Positions 38,830 to 47,172 of a DNA stretch of 64,000 nt are shown in pieces (position 1 is the first letter of the stretch; the number at the start of each line of letters is the position of its first letter). Both the position numbers and the translations under genes were made by a program. Source of the DNA: Phycisphaerae bacterium (lineage in GTDB: Bacteria; Planctomycetota; Phycisphaerae; UBA1845; Fen-1342); contig JASFQK010000032.1 in the NCBI GenBank assembly GCA_050115495.1, positions 17,769 through 81,768 of the forward strand, in the 5' to 3' direction. The notes below the pieces were generated by a model. It made no database searches. It had not been told where the DNA came from and saw only the letters and a program-made list of their open reading frames with translations.

Positions 38830-39891
38830 ATGACCAAGTATCAGGCGGGTATGCGGATCAGCGAATACGTGCTGGAGAACTGCATCGGCTCCGGTACGTT
38901 CGGGGAGGTTTGGCAGGCCCGGCACCACGTCTGGGACAGCGAGCACGTCGCGGTCAAACTGCCGACCGAGCCGGAATACGTTCGTTACTTGCAGCGCGAG
39001 GGCGTGGTCGTTCACGGACTGCGCCACGCGAACATCATCCGCGTCATTGGCTTCGACCCCTTCGCCGAGAATCCGTACCTGGTCATGGAGCTCGTCCGCG
39101 GCCCGTCGCTACGGCAGGTGATCGACGAGCACCCCACCGGTCTGTCGATCGACGTCACGCTCTGCGTGCTCCGCGGCCTGCTGCGGGCCATGGAAGCCGC
39201 CCACGCCGGCGGCGTCCTGCACCGCGACCTCAAGCCCGGCAACGTCCTGCTCGACCTCAACGAGCGCCCCATCGAGGAGCTGACCGTCGACGACGTGAAG
39301 ATCGGTGACTTCGGCCTCGGCGTGAAGAACGCCGAGTCGCTGCGCTCCATCGCCCAGTCCGCCTCGCTGGCCCGCGAGGACCAGTTGGTAGGCACGCTGG
39401 CGTACATGGCCTCCGAGGTGCGCGACGGCGACCTGAAGCCCGACGCCCGGAGCGATCTGTACTCCGTCGGCGTTGTCCTGTTCGAAATGCTCACCGGTGA
39501 GCGGCCGGCCGGCGCCGAGCTGCCCAGCACGGTCCGGGCCCAGACGCCCCCCGGGCTGGACGAGGTATTCCGCCGGCTGTACGCCCGGCACGACCGCCGA
39601 TACGAGAATGCCCGGGCGGTGCTGGACGATCTGGACGCGCGGTTGACCGTGAAGCGTCCATCTGTGGTGATGGTGCCGCCACCGCCGCCGCCGCGGCTGG
39701 GTGTGGTGGGCAAGCCCGACTACTGCCCGCGGTGTCAGCACGTGGTGGGTCCGGACGATCAATTCTGCACGCAGTGCCGGTACCAGTTGGTGCCGCACGT
39801 GCGGCGCTGCCCGTCGTGCGACGGCTATCCGGGGCTGCACGACCGCTTCTGCATCTTCTGCGGCGCAGCGCTGCCGGACGAGGAGGAGTAG
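38830..39891 (+). CDS. Hanks-type Ser/Thr kinase with C-terminal double zinc ribbon
   Basis: IGSGTFGEV, VAVK, HRDLKPGN, DFG, GTLAYM, SDLYSVG; poly-Pro linker; four CxxC pairs. Confidence 0.93.
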   Translation: MTKYQAGMRISEYVLENCIGSGTFGEVWQARHHVWDSEHVAVKLPTEPEYVRYLQREGVVVHGLRHANIIRVIGFDPFAENPYLVMELVRGPSLRQVIDEHPTGLSIDVTLCVLRGLLRAMEAAHAGGVLHRDLKPGNVLLDLNERPIEELTVDDVKIGDFGLGVKNAESLRSIAQSASLAREDQLVGTLAYMASEVRDGDLKPDARSDLYSVGVVLFEMLTGERPAGAELPSTVRAQTPPGLDEVFRRLYARHDRRYENARAVLDDLDARLTVKRPSVVMVPPPPPPRLGVVGKPDYCPRCQHVVGPDDQFCTQCRYQLVPHVRRCPSCDGYPGLHDRFCIFCGAALPDEEE

Positions 39892-39897
39892 CGTCCC

Positions 39898-40185
39898 GTG
39901 CTGCTGGCGGACAGCGTCATCCTGATCGTCTTCGGGTTGCTGTTGATCGGCATCATCGGGTTCTTCTTCATGTCGGTGGTGCTGGTGACCCGCTTCTTCC
40001 GCTTCGTGTTCCGACTGATGGCCGGCACGGGGCGGCCTCCGGTGCCGCCGATGCCGACGAAGCCAGTCCGCACCACGCCCTGCCCGGCCGAGCGCTGCGG
40101 CAACCCGAACCCGGTCGGAGCGCAGTACTGCGCCCGCTGCGGGCGACCCCTGGCCCGCGAGGCTGATCTCGATGCCTATGGATGA
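39898..40185 (+). CDS. Membrane-anchored zinc-ribbon protein
   Basis: N-terminal TM; CPAERC..N...AQYCARCG; GAGGAGG upstream; overlaps next gene. Confidence 0.72.
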   Translation: MLLADSVILIVFGLLLIGIIGFFFMSVVLVTRFFRFVFRLMAGTGRPPVPPMPTKPVRTTPCPAERCGNPNPVGAQYCARCGRPLAREADLDAYG

Positions 40186-41620
40186 GCGCAGCCGGCTGCG
40201 ACAGTTCGAGGAGCATTTCCACCAGCAACTGCGGACCCGCGCCGCCACGCTTCTGCGCGGCGCCCTGCCGGCCGACCGCCTCATCATCGAAGCCATGCCC
40301 GACGGCGTCGACACCGTGCGGGCCACGCTGACCCGGCTCGAACGCTACGACCGCGACCTCGTCGAGCAACTCCCCGGCACGCGCACCGTGCAACTCCGCT
40401 TTCGGCGGAACGTGCTGGGCGGTCTGCTGTCGCGACCGGTGGCCCGGGTGCGGGCGCAGATGCTCGCTCCGCTCGAAGCCCTGGTCAGCGGAGAGGCCGT
40501 CGGCCCGATCGGTCGCGAGGCCGTCCTCGACGCCCTCGCCCGCTACGAGCTGATGCCGCGCAGCGAGCGTCCCACCGCGGTCATCTTCGCCAGCGCCACC
40601 GGCTTCACGCCCGAGGCGAAAGCCCTGGTCAGCGTCCCCGGCCCAGCCCGCCTGATCCTGATGAACGGGCGTGACGACGGCGGCTGGGACGTGGTCATGC
40701 CCGACGCCGTGCGCAGCGGACCCTGGGCGCGGCTGCTCGAGTTCGAATCGCAGGACGACCGCTTGCAGCGTTTGCGGTATCATCTGGACAAAAGCGCCAC
40801 GTTGCTCGATTCGCGGGGCATCTCGATCGCCGAACTGGCCGAGCAGACCGGGCTGTCCCCCGAGCAAACCGAGGCCCTGATCCGCAAGGCCTGCCGGCTG
40901 GACTCGCGTCTGCTGACCGTGGTACATGAGAACAGGGTCCATGTATGTCGCAGCCCCCTGAGCGATGAGAACAACGCCATGAGTATCTGGAGCCGAATCC
41001 GCCGGTTGTTGCGGCTCAAGCCCACCGCCGCCGAGCAGGTACGCACCCTGACGGTGCAGCGTGTGGCCCTGGAGCAGCAGCGTCACGAGGTGGATCAGAG
41101 GATCAGGGCGCTCGAGGCGGAGGAGTTGCAGGCCGTCCAGAGCGGTGCCGCCGCCAAGAGCAACGCCGAGCGCAAGCAGATCGCCGGACGGCTGGTGCGG
41201 GTGCGGCGTGACCTGCGCCGCGTGCGCTCGCAGGCCACCGTCTTCAGCCAGCAGATCGACATCCTGGGCACGCATATCCACAACCTGACGCTGGCCGAGC
41301 AGGGCCGGCGGCTGGAGCTGCCCAAGGCCGAGGAGCTGACCCGTCAGGCCGCGGAGGCCGAGCAGGTCGTCAGCGAGTTGGCCGCCAACGCCGAGTTGGC
41401 CGCCGGCATCGAGGTCGGAGCCACCACGCCGGAGATGGAAGAGGAGGAGGCCGCGATCATGGCGGAGTTCGCCCAGGTCGCCGCCGAGTCCGCTCCCGCG
41501 GCACCGGCGGCCGAAGCGACGCCCGCCGCGCCGGCCCCGGCCGAGGAGCAGCGCGCCCCGGCGGCAAAGGCCCCACCGTCCGCCGAAAACAAGGAGAAGG
41601 CCGGGCCCGAGATGGGCTAA
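40172..41620 (+). CDS. Fusion: alpha/beta domain + winged-helix-like domain + ESCRT-III/Snf7-like helical domain
   Basis: GISIAELAEQTGLSPEQ HTH; then MSIWSRIRRLL amphipathic helix, basic helical hairpin and acidic C-terminal helices (EMEEEEAAIMAEF). Confidence 0.65.
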   Translation: MPMDERSRLRQFEEHFHQQLRTRAATLLRGALPADRLIIEAMPDGVDTVRATLTRLERYDRDLVEQLPGTRTVQLRFRRNVLGGLLSRPVARVRAQMLAPLEALVSGEAVGPIGREAVLDALARYELMPRSERPTAVIFASATGFTPEAKALVSVPGPARLILMNGRDDGGWDVVMPDAVRSGPWARLLEFESQDDRLQRLRYHLDKSATLLDSRGISIAELAEQTGLSPEQTEALIRKACRLDSRLLTVVHENRVHVCRSPLSDENNAMSIWSRIRRLLRLKPTAAEQVRTLTVQRVALEQQRHEVDQRIRALEAEELQAVQSGAAAKSNAERKQIAGRLVRVRRDLRRVRSQATVFSQQIDILGTHIHNLTLAEQGRRLELPKAEELTRQAAEAEQVVSELAANAELAAGIEVGATTPEMEEEEAAIMAEFAQVAAESAPAAPAAEATPAAPAPAEEQRAPAAKAPPSAENKEKAGPEMG

Positions 41621-41647
41621 GCGGGCCGCAGGAGAGCAGGCGAGGCC

Positions 41648-42256
41648 ATGAACTTCTTCACCTGGCTGACCACGAAGCGCAAGACCCTGGCGACGATGAC
41701 GCTCACCGAGCTGCGCGCCCAGGAGATGATGCTCGAAAACGAGCGCAACCGGATGCAGACGCGCGTCACCAAGCTCGCTCGCGAGAAGCAGCAGATCATC
41801 GACCGCGGCGCCAAGGAGAAGACGCCCGAGCTGCGCCGCACCTTCGCCCAGCAATACGACCTGCTGCACACCGAGCAGATGATGCTCGCCCGCCACCTGA
41901 ACATCCGCAGCAAGGAGTACCTCACCGTCGCCCGGCTGCGCATGCTCCGCGAGAACACGCAGCGGGCCGGCGTGGGCACCAGCGCCCGCACGCTCATCCG
42001 CGAGGGCGACCTGGCCGTCATCGAGCGCCTCATCGAAAACGACCGCGTCTCCACCGAGGTCTACCAGGAGCGGCTCGACGAGATCCTGCGCCTCGGCCAG
42101 GAGGCGGACGAGGCCACGGCCGGCGTCTCCCCTGCCGCCGGCGAACTGCTCAAGATCTGGAACGACATGGATGCCGGACTGATCAAGGACACCGACGCCG
42201 CCTTCGACGAGGCCGAACGGCGCGTCCGCGAGCGCGAGAAGGCCGCCGACGCCTGA
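41648..42256 (+). CDS. ESCRT-III/Snf7-like protein
   Basis: 202 aa, all helical; MNFFTWL amphipathic start; basic N-half, acidic C-half. Confidence 0.65.
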   Translation: MNFFTWLTTKRKTLATMTLTELRAQEMMLENERNRMQTRVTKLAREKQQIIDRGAKEKTPELRRTFAQQYDLLHTEQMMLARHLNIRSKEYLTVARLRMLRENTQRAGVGTSARTLIREGDLAVIERLIENDRVSTEVYQERLDEILRLGQEADEATAGVSPAAGELLKIWNDMDAGLIKDTDAAFDEAERRVREREKAADA

Positions 42257-42279
42257 CCCGCCACCTGCCGGAGATCACC

Positions 42280-42888
42280 ATGGGCCTGTTCAAGTCCAAA
42301 GAAGAACGCCGGATGGAACGCGATATGAAGATCCGCCAGGGCATCCGGCGGATCGAGAAGGCCATCGCCGAGCAGAACAAGTTCACGGATGAGTTCGTCA
42401 AGAACGCCCGGCAGGCCCGGCAGATCGGCGACATGGCGTCGTACCAGTTCGTTCGCAACTCGCTGAAGAAGACGGCCACGATCAAGAAGCTGCTCGAACG
42501 GCAGCTCCTGGCCGTCAAGAACGCCCTGCTCATCAAGCGCCAGGCCGAGGCCGGCGCCGATTTCGCCCAGGCCATGAGCACCATGGCCTCCGAGGTGAGC
42601 CGCCTCTACGGCGACACCGACCTCGTGAAGACGCAAATGGACTGGGAAAAGGCCATGATGCAGTCGCAGTCGATGGAGGAGCGCATGCAGATGTTCCTCG
42701 ACTCGATCGAGGAAGGGGCGGCGGCCGACGTGCGTGCCGCCGCGAGCGAGGCCATCTCCGACGAGGAGATCGACCGCATGATCGAGGCCGAGGAGCAGGT
42801 CGAGGACGCCCGCGAGGCTCAGCAGATGAGTGCCCTCCGTGCCGAGCTCGCCCAGCTCAAGAATCCCGGTGCGAAGGAAACCAAGTAA
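42280..42888 (+). CDS. ESCRT-III (Snf7/Vps2/CdvB-like) protein
   Basis: 202 aa; MGLFKSK start; ARQARQIGD hairpin turn; Met-rich helices; SDEEIDRMI helix; C-terminal LRAELAQLK MIM1-like motif. Confidence 0.75.
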   Translation: MGLFKSKEERRMERDMKIRQGIRRIEKAIAEQNKFTDEFVKNARQARQIGDMASYQFVRNSLKKTATIKKLLERQLLAVKNALLIKRQAEAGADFAQAMSTMASEVSRLYGDTDLVKTQMDWEKAMMQSQSMEERMQMFLDSIEEGAAADVRAAASEAISDEEIDRMIEAEEQVEDAREAQQMSALRAELAQLKNPGAKETK

Positions 42889-42925
42889 CCGCGGCCGGCC
42901 ACGCCCCGCGGGGTGGACGACAGAC

Positions 42926-43108
42926 ATGAGCGACTACGACGAACGACAATGGGGTGGCTTGCCGGCCCTGGGCCTGCTGGCGCTGGCCACGGCCCTGGCC
43001 TGGCTCTTCACCAACCCCTACCTGGGCTTCGTGATCGTCTTTGCCAGCGGCGTCGCCGTGCTGGCCGCCGTCGATTTCCTCCGGCGGCGCTCGCGGCCGC
43101 GTTCATAG
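42926..43108 (+). CDS. Small 2-TM membrane protein
   Basis: 60 aa, two hydrophobic helices then an Arg-rich tail; fills the gap within the operon. Confidence 0.6.
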   Translation: MSDYDERQWGGLPALGLLALATALAWLFTNPYLGFVIVFASGVAVLAAVDFLRRRSRPRS

Positions 43109-43171
43109 AACCGAGGTTCGTCCGCGCGGCGGGCCTTCCCGGCGCGGTCTTTGCGGAGCAGGGCGGGCAAC

Positions 43172-44296
43172 ATGGCTGCAACTTTCGCCACGTTCAAGCG
43201 ACTCAAGGACAAGGGCTTGACCGCCCTCAAGCAGGGTGACTACGTCACCGCCCGCCCCTACCTCATCCAGGCCGCCGAGTGCATGATCGAGATCGCCGAG
43301 GAGAACCGCGACGCGACGCAGCGTGCCGAACAGGAAGCCTACGCCCGCGAGCTGATCGATCTCGCCAAGGACTGCTCGCGCCGCTCGCGCGAGGGTGGCG
43401 GCGGCGGCCGTACCGGCGACCGCGCCCGTGAAGATGAAGAAGGCGGCGCGAGCGCCGACGACTGGATCGTCCGCGAGAAGCCCAATATCCACTTCACCGA
43501 CATCGCAGGTCTGGAAGACGTCAAGGAAGAGATCTACCTCAAGATGATCTACCCCTTCCGCCATCCGGAACTGGCGCAGCACTACGGCATCGACACCGGC
43601 GGCGGCCTGCTGCTCTACGGCCCGCCCGGCACCGGCAAGACCATGATCGCCAAGGCCGTGGCCTGCGAGGTCGAGGCCACCATGTTCGTCATCAGCCCGG
43701 CCCAGATCATGAGCAAGTGGGTCGGCGAGGCCGAGCAGAACGTCCGCAAGCTGTTCGAGGCCGCCAAGGATGAAGAGAAGAGCGTCATCTTCATCGACGA
43801 GATCGAGGCGCTCGTGCCGGCCCGCCGCCGATCCGACTCGACCGTCATGCAACGTGTCGTGCCGCAGATCCTCCAGGAGCTCGAGGGGTTCGACCGCCGG
43901 GCGGGGCGGGCCCTGATGTTCATGGGGGCGACGAACGAGCCGTGGAGCCTCGACCGGGCGGTGATGCGGCCCGGGCGCTTCGACTCCCGCGTGTACGTTC
44001 CGCTGCCCGATCCGGCGGCCCGCTTCAAGCTGTTCGAGATCTACCTCGGCAAGCGGCCCCTGGAAGACGACGTCGATTTCGCGGCCCTCGTCGAGCAAAC
44101 CAACGGCTACAGCGGGGCCGACATCAAGGCCATCTGCACGCGTTCGGCAACTCGTCCGTTTTTGGAATCGGTTGGCGGCGCCGAACCACGTAAAATTAAT
44201 ATGGCGGACGTGCGGGAGACGATCGGCGAAGTTCTGCCGTCCGTCAGCTCGAAGGACTGCCAGAAGTACGAGGAGTGGGCGGCCACGATGGGCTGA
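43172..44296 (+). CDS. Vps4/CdvC-like AAA+ ATPase with N-terminal MIT-like domain
   Basis: Three-helix N-domain, linker, EKPNIHFTDIAGLEDVK, GPPGTGKT, SKWVGE, IFIDE, GATNEPWSLD, GYSGADI, PSVS..D..KYEEW C-terminal helix. Confidence 0.85.
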   Translation: MAATFATFKRLKDKGLTALKQGDYVTARPYLIQAAECMIEIAEENRDATQRAEQEAYARELIDLAKDCSRRSREGGGGGRTGDRAREDEEGGASADDWIVREKPNIHFTDIAGLEDVKEEIYLKMIYPFRHPELAQHYGIDTGGGLLLYGPPGTGKTMIAKAVACEVEATMFVISPAQIMSKWVGEAEQNVRKLFEAAKDEEKSVIFIDEIEALVPARRRSDSTVMQRVVPQILQELEGFDRRAGRALMFMGATNEPWSLDRAVMRPGRFDSRVYVPLPDPAARFKLFEIYLGKRPLEDDVDFAALVEQTNGYSGADIKAICTRSATRPFLESVGGAEPRKINMADVRETIGEVLPSVSSKDCQKYEEWAATMG

Positions 44297-44325
44297 ACTC
44301 CCGTCAGGTATACGGAGGACGAGCC

Positions 44326-44688
44326 ATGCCACGACAACCGGTTCGCGACGTGCCGGGTCTGCGGCGATGCCCGTCCCCTACCTGCGATGGCCTGAACCCG
44401 GCGCGGGCCCGCTACTGCGGGCAGTGCGGATGTGCGCTGTACCGGCCGCCGGCCGCGGTCGCGCGCCAGGCGCCGATCAGCGCCGGCGTCGCGTATGGGC
44501 TGTGGGCGCTGTGTTTGGCCGGGGCGGCGGGGATCCACCGCTTCTACCTCGGCCGGTACGTCACCGGGGCCGTTTGGCTGCTGACCTGGGGTCTGCTGGG
44601 CGTTGGATCGTTCTTCGACCTGTTCCTGATCCCCGGCATGGTCGAGAAGCAGAATCGCGATTGGGCGGCGGCGGGCTGGACGAACTGA
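44326..44688 (+). CDS. Zinc-ribbon + TM2 domain membrane protein
   Basis: CPSPTC..N...ARYCGQCG; GIHRFYLGR..G..WLLTWG..G...DLFLIP; GGAGG upstream. Confidence 0.85.
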   Translation: MPRQPVRDVPGLRRCPSPTCDGLNPARARYCGQCGCALYRPPAAVARQAPISAGVAYGLWALCLAGAAGIHRFYLGRYVTGAVWLLTWGLLGVGSFFDLFLIPGMVEKQNRDWAAAGWTN

Positions 44689-44719
44689 GGCCGCCGCGCC
44701 GGAAGGAGCGAATCGCCGA

Positions 44720-46483
44720 ATGAGCCGCAGCATCGTGGAACGTCTGGCCGACGAACACCTGGTGGCTCTTGCCGCCGCCGGGGACGCGTGGCCGCGCGCC
44801 CTGCTTTCGACCACGCCGGTGCCCGACGGCTGGCTGGCGCTGGTCGAACGCCGCGACGGCGGCCGCCGGCTCGTTCCCGCCGGCGAGGATCCGGCGGCGG
44901 AGCGCGGCGATCGACTACTGCTCGTGCGCGATCGGTCGCTCACGGTGCCGCTGCACCTCGCGGAGGTACGCACCGCTTCGGGACACGCCGTGTCGGCTAC
45001 GGTGGAGATCGTCCTCCGCTGGCAGGGCCGCGATGATGATGTCGCCGCTCTGGGCCGCTCGCTGCTGGTCGGCGACGAGCTCACCCTGGATCAACTGGCC
45101 CGGGCCGTCGATGATGGCGGCGGGCGCGCAACACTGCTCGCCTTCATTCGCGAGCGTGGCGCCGTCGACCTCGTGCACGAGGATTGCAGTGCCGACCTGC
45201 TCGCCGTCCTGCGCGAGGGGTTCAAGCGCTTCCTGTTTTCGAGCGGGGCGACGCTCGAACGGCTGGCCGTGGCACGCTTTGCGAGTCCGGCACTCGCCGA
45301 AGAGGAGACGCTCCGCCGCGAGACGGCCGCCCACGTCGAGCGGATCAAAGCCCACGAGATGGTGCAACAGGCTGCGCTCGCCGCCACGCAGCGCCGCCTC
45401 GAAGGGCTCAGCGGCATCTTCACTCAGCTTCAGTCCGCCGCCGGCGGCGACGAGCGCATGCAGTGGCACGACCTGCTGCCCGCCCTCTCGCCCGGCGATC
45501 GTGGTCGCCTGCTCGAAAACCTGTGGCGCATCACACCCGACCGCTATACCGCCACTGCAATCGTGGTCGTCGCCGGCCAGGAATGCCTGTGGCTCGCCCC
45601 GGCGCCGCCACACGATATAACGCGTCGCGTGACACTCGCCGAAAGTCTAGGCGGTGTGCGCTCGGTGGCGTTCTGTTCGCAGCGCAACTGGCTGCTGGTC
45701 GGTGCGGCACGTGGCGTGTGGGCCCTGGCGGCTGACAGCGGCGAAACGCAGGGTTGCTTCGAAGTGCCCGACGCGCCGGCGCCACGCACGGGCTTCAACG
45801 CGATCGCGGTCGCCGGCGACGTGCTCTACGCGACGCACTCGCAGCTTGGCTGCTGGCGTTGGCCGCTGGCGGAGCCGGACAAGGCCGAATGTCTGCTCGC
45901 TCCGGCGGACGGTCAGCCTCGCGCGGTCCGCGCCGTCACGGCCACTGACGACGGTCGCATCCTATTCGCGACCGATCAGACCGTGCAGCTCTACGACCCG
46001 GCCGCCGGCAGCGTCACGGCGCTCGCCGACGCGGGCGACACGATCCACAGCCTGGCCACGATCGAGCAGCACGTGTTCATCGGTACGGCTGACGGCCGCA
46101 TCCTCCAATGCGCTCTGGACGGCGGCGGCGAGCACCGCGTCGTGCACCGCGCCCGACACGCCATCGAGTCCATCCAACCCCGCCGCTGGAACGACCTGAT
46201 CGAGCTCGTCATGCCCGCGGGGATCGAGGGCATCGCCGGCGTGTTCTGTGGCGAGGGTCTGGTAGGCCGGCTGATGTCCGCGGCAATACCGATCCGCCGG
46301 GCGTGGGCATGCGACGACCTGGTTACGGGACTGACCACCGCTCGCGACCGCCTCATCGTGCTGAACGCGAATCTACCCGACGTCACGCCGCGCGAAGTGG
46401 CCATCGCCCGCGAGACCGGCCACTCGGTGCAGGACGCCTGCCTGATCGTCGCGGAACAAGCTGAACCGGAAGACCGCACATGA
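44720..46483 (+). CDS. SPFH/Band-7-like N-domain + coiled coil + beta-propeller protein
   Basis: VPDGWLALV start, VRTASGHAVSATVEIVLRW strand pattern, helical region, WD40-like blades (VRSVAF, VRAVTAT, IHSLAT, VFIGTADGRI). Confidence 0.55.
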   Translation: MSRSIVERLADEHLVALAAAGDAWPRALLSTTPVPDGWLALVERRDGGRRLVPAGEDPAAERGDRLLLVRDRSLTVPLHLAEVRTASGHAVSATVEIVLRWQGRDDDVAALGRSLLVGDELTLDQLARAVDDGGGRATLLAFIRERGAVDLVHEDCSADLLAVLREGFKRFLFSSGATLERLAVARFASPALAEEETLRRETAAHVERIKAHEMVQQAALAATQRRLEGLSGIFTQLQSAAGGDERMQWHDLLPALSPGDRGRLLENLWRITPDRYTATAIVVVAGQECLWLAPAPPHDITRRVTLAESLGGVRSVAFCSQRNWLLVGAARGVWALAADSGETQGCFEVPDAPAPRTGFNAIAVAGDVLYATHSQLGCWRWPLAEPDKAECLLAPADGQPRAVRAVTATDDGRILFATDQTVQLYDPAAGSVTALADAGDTIHSLATIEQHVFIGTADGRILQCALDGGGEHRVVHRARHAIESIQPRRWNDLIELVMPAGIEGIAGVFCGEGLVGRLMSAAIPIRRAWACDDLVTGLTTARDRLIVLNANLPDVTPREVAIARETGHSVQDACLIVAEQAEPEDRT

Positions 46484-47172
46484 CCACGCACACACGCACC
46501 ACGCTCGCTCGCACGATCGACCACACGCTGCTGAAGCCCGAGGCGACGGCGGCGCAGATCGACTGCCTCTGCGATGAATGCCGCGAGTTCAATTTCTACG
46601 CCGCCTGCGTGAACCCCGTGTGGGTGGCTCGCTGCGTCGAGCGTCTGGCCGGCAGCGGCACGTGTGTGGCCAGCGTGGTCGGCTTCCCCCTCGGTGCTAC
46701 GACGCCCGCGGCCAAGGCGCTCGAAGCCCGCCTGGCCGTCGAGCAGGGTGCGGCCGAAGTGGACATGGTGGTCAACCTCGGGGCGCTGATCGCCGGCGAA
46801 GAGGCGACGGTCGCCGAGGACATCGCCGCCGTCGTCGAGGCCGCCCGCGGGGCCAACCCGCACGCCCTGGTGAAAGTGATCCTCGAGACGCGGGCGCTGA
46901 CGGACGAGCAGATCATCCTCGGCTGCCGCTGCGCGGTGGAGGCCGGGGCCCATTTCGTGAAGACGTCGACCGGTTTTCACGCCGGCGGCGGGGCGACGGT
47001 TGAGCACGTGGCCCTGCTCCACAAGCACGCCGGCAATCTGGGTGTCAAAGCAGCGGGGGGCATCCGCGACCTGCCCACGGCACAGGCTATGTTGGCCGCC
47101 GGCGCTACGCGGCTCGGCATGTCGGCCAGCATCGCCGTCGTCGAAGCCCTGCCCGCCGAGCCGGGAGGGTAG
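46480..47172 (+). CDS. deoC: Deoxyribose-phosphate aldolase
   Basis: IDHTLLKP, VGFPLG, EVDMV, KVILET, FVKTSTGF, VKAAGGIR. Confidence 0.96.
   Translation: MTTHTRTTLARTIDHTLLKPEATAAQIDCLCDECREFNFYAACVNPVWVARCVERLAGSGTCVASVVGFPLGATTPAAKALEARLAVEQGAAEVDMVVNLGALIAGEEATVAEDIAAVVEAARGANPHALVKVILETRALTDEQIILGCRCAVEAGAHFVKTSTGFHAGGGATVEHVALLHKHAGNLGVKAAGGIRDLPTAQAMLAAGATRLGMSASIAVVEALPAEPGG

Noticed and set aside
40172..42888. Ordinary PspA/Vipp1 phage-shock operon
   Set aside because: No PspA signature start or pspBC/liaFSR-type partners; three divergent paralogues plus a MIT-AAA ATPase fit Snf7/Vps4 better, pending profile searches
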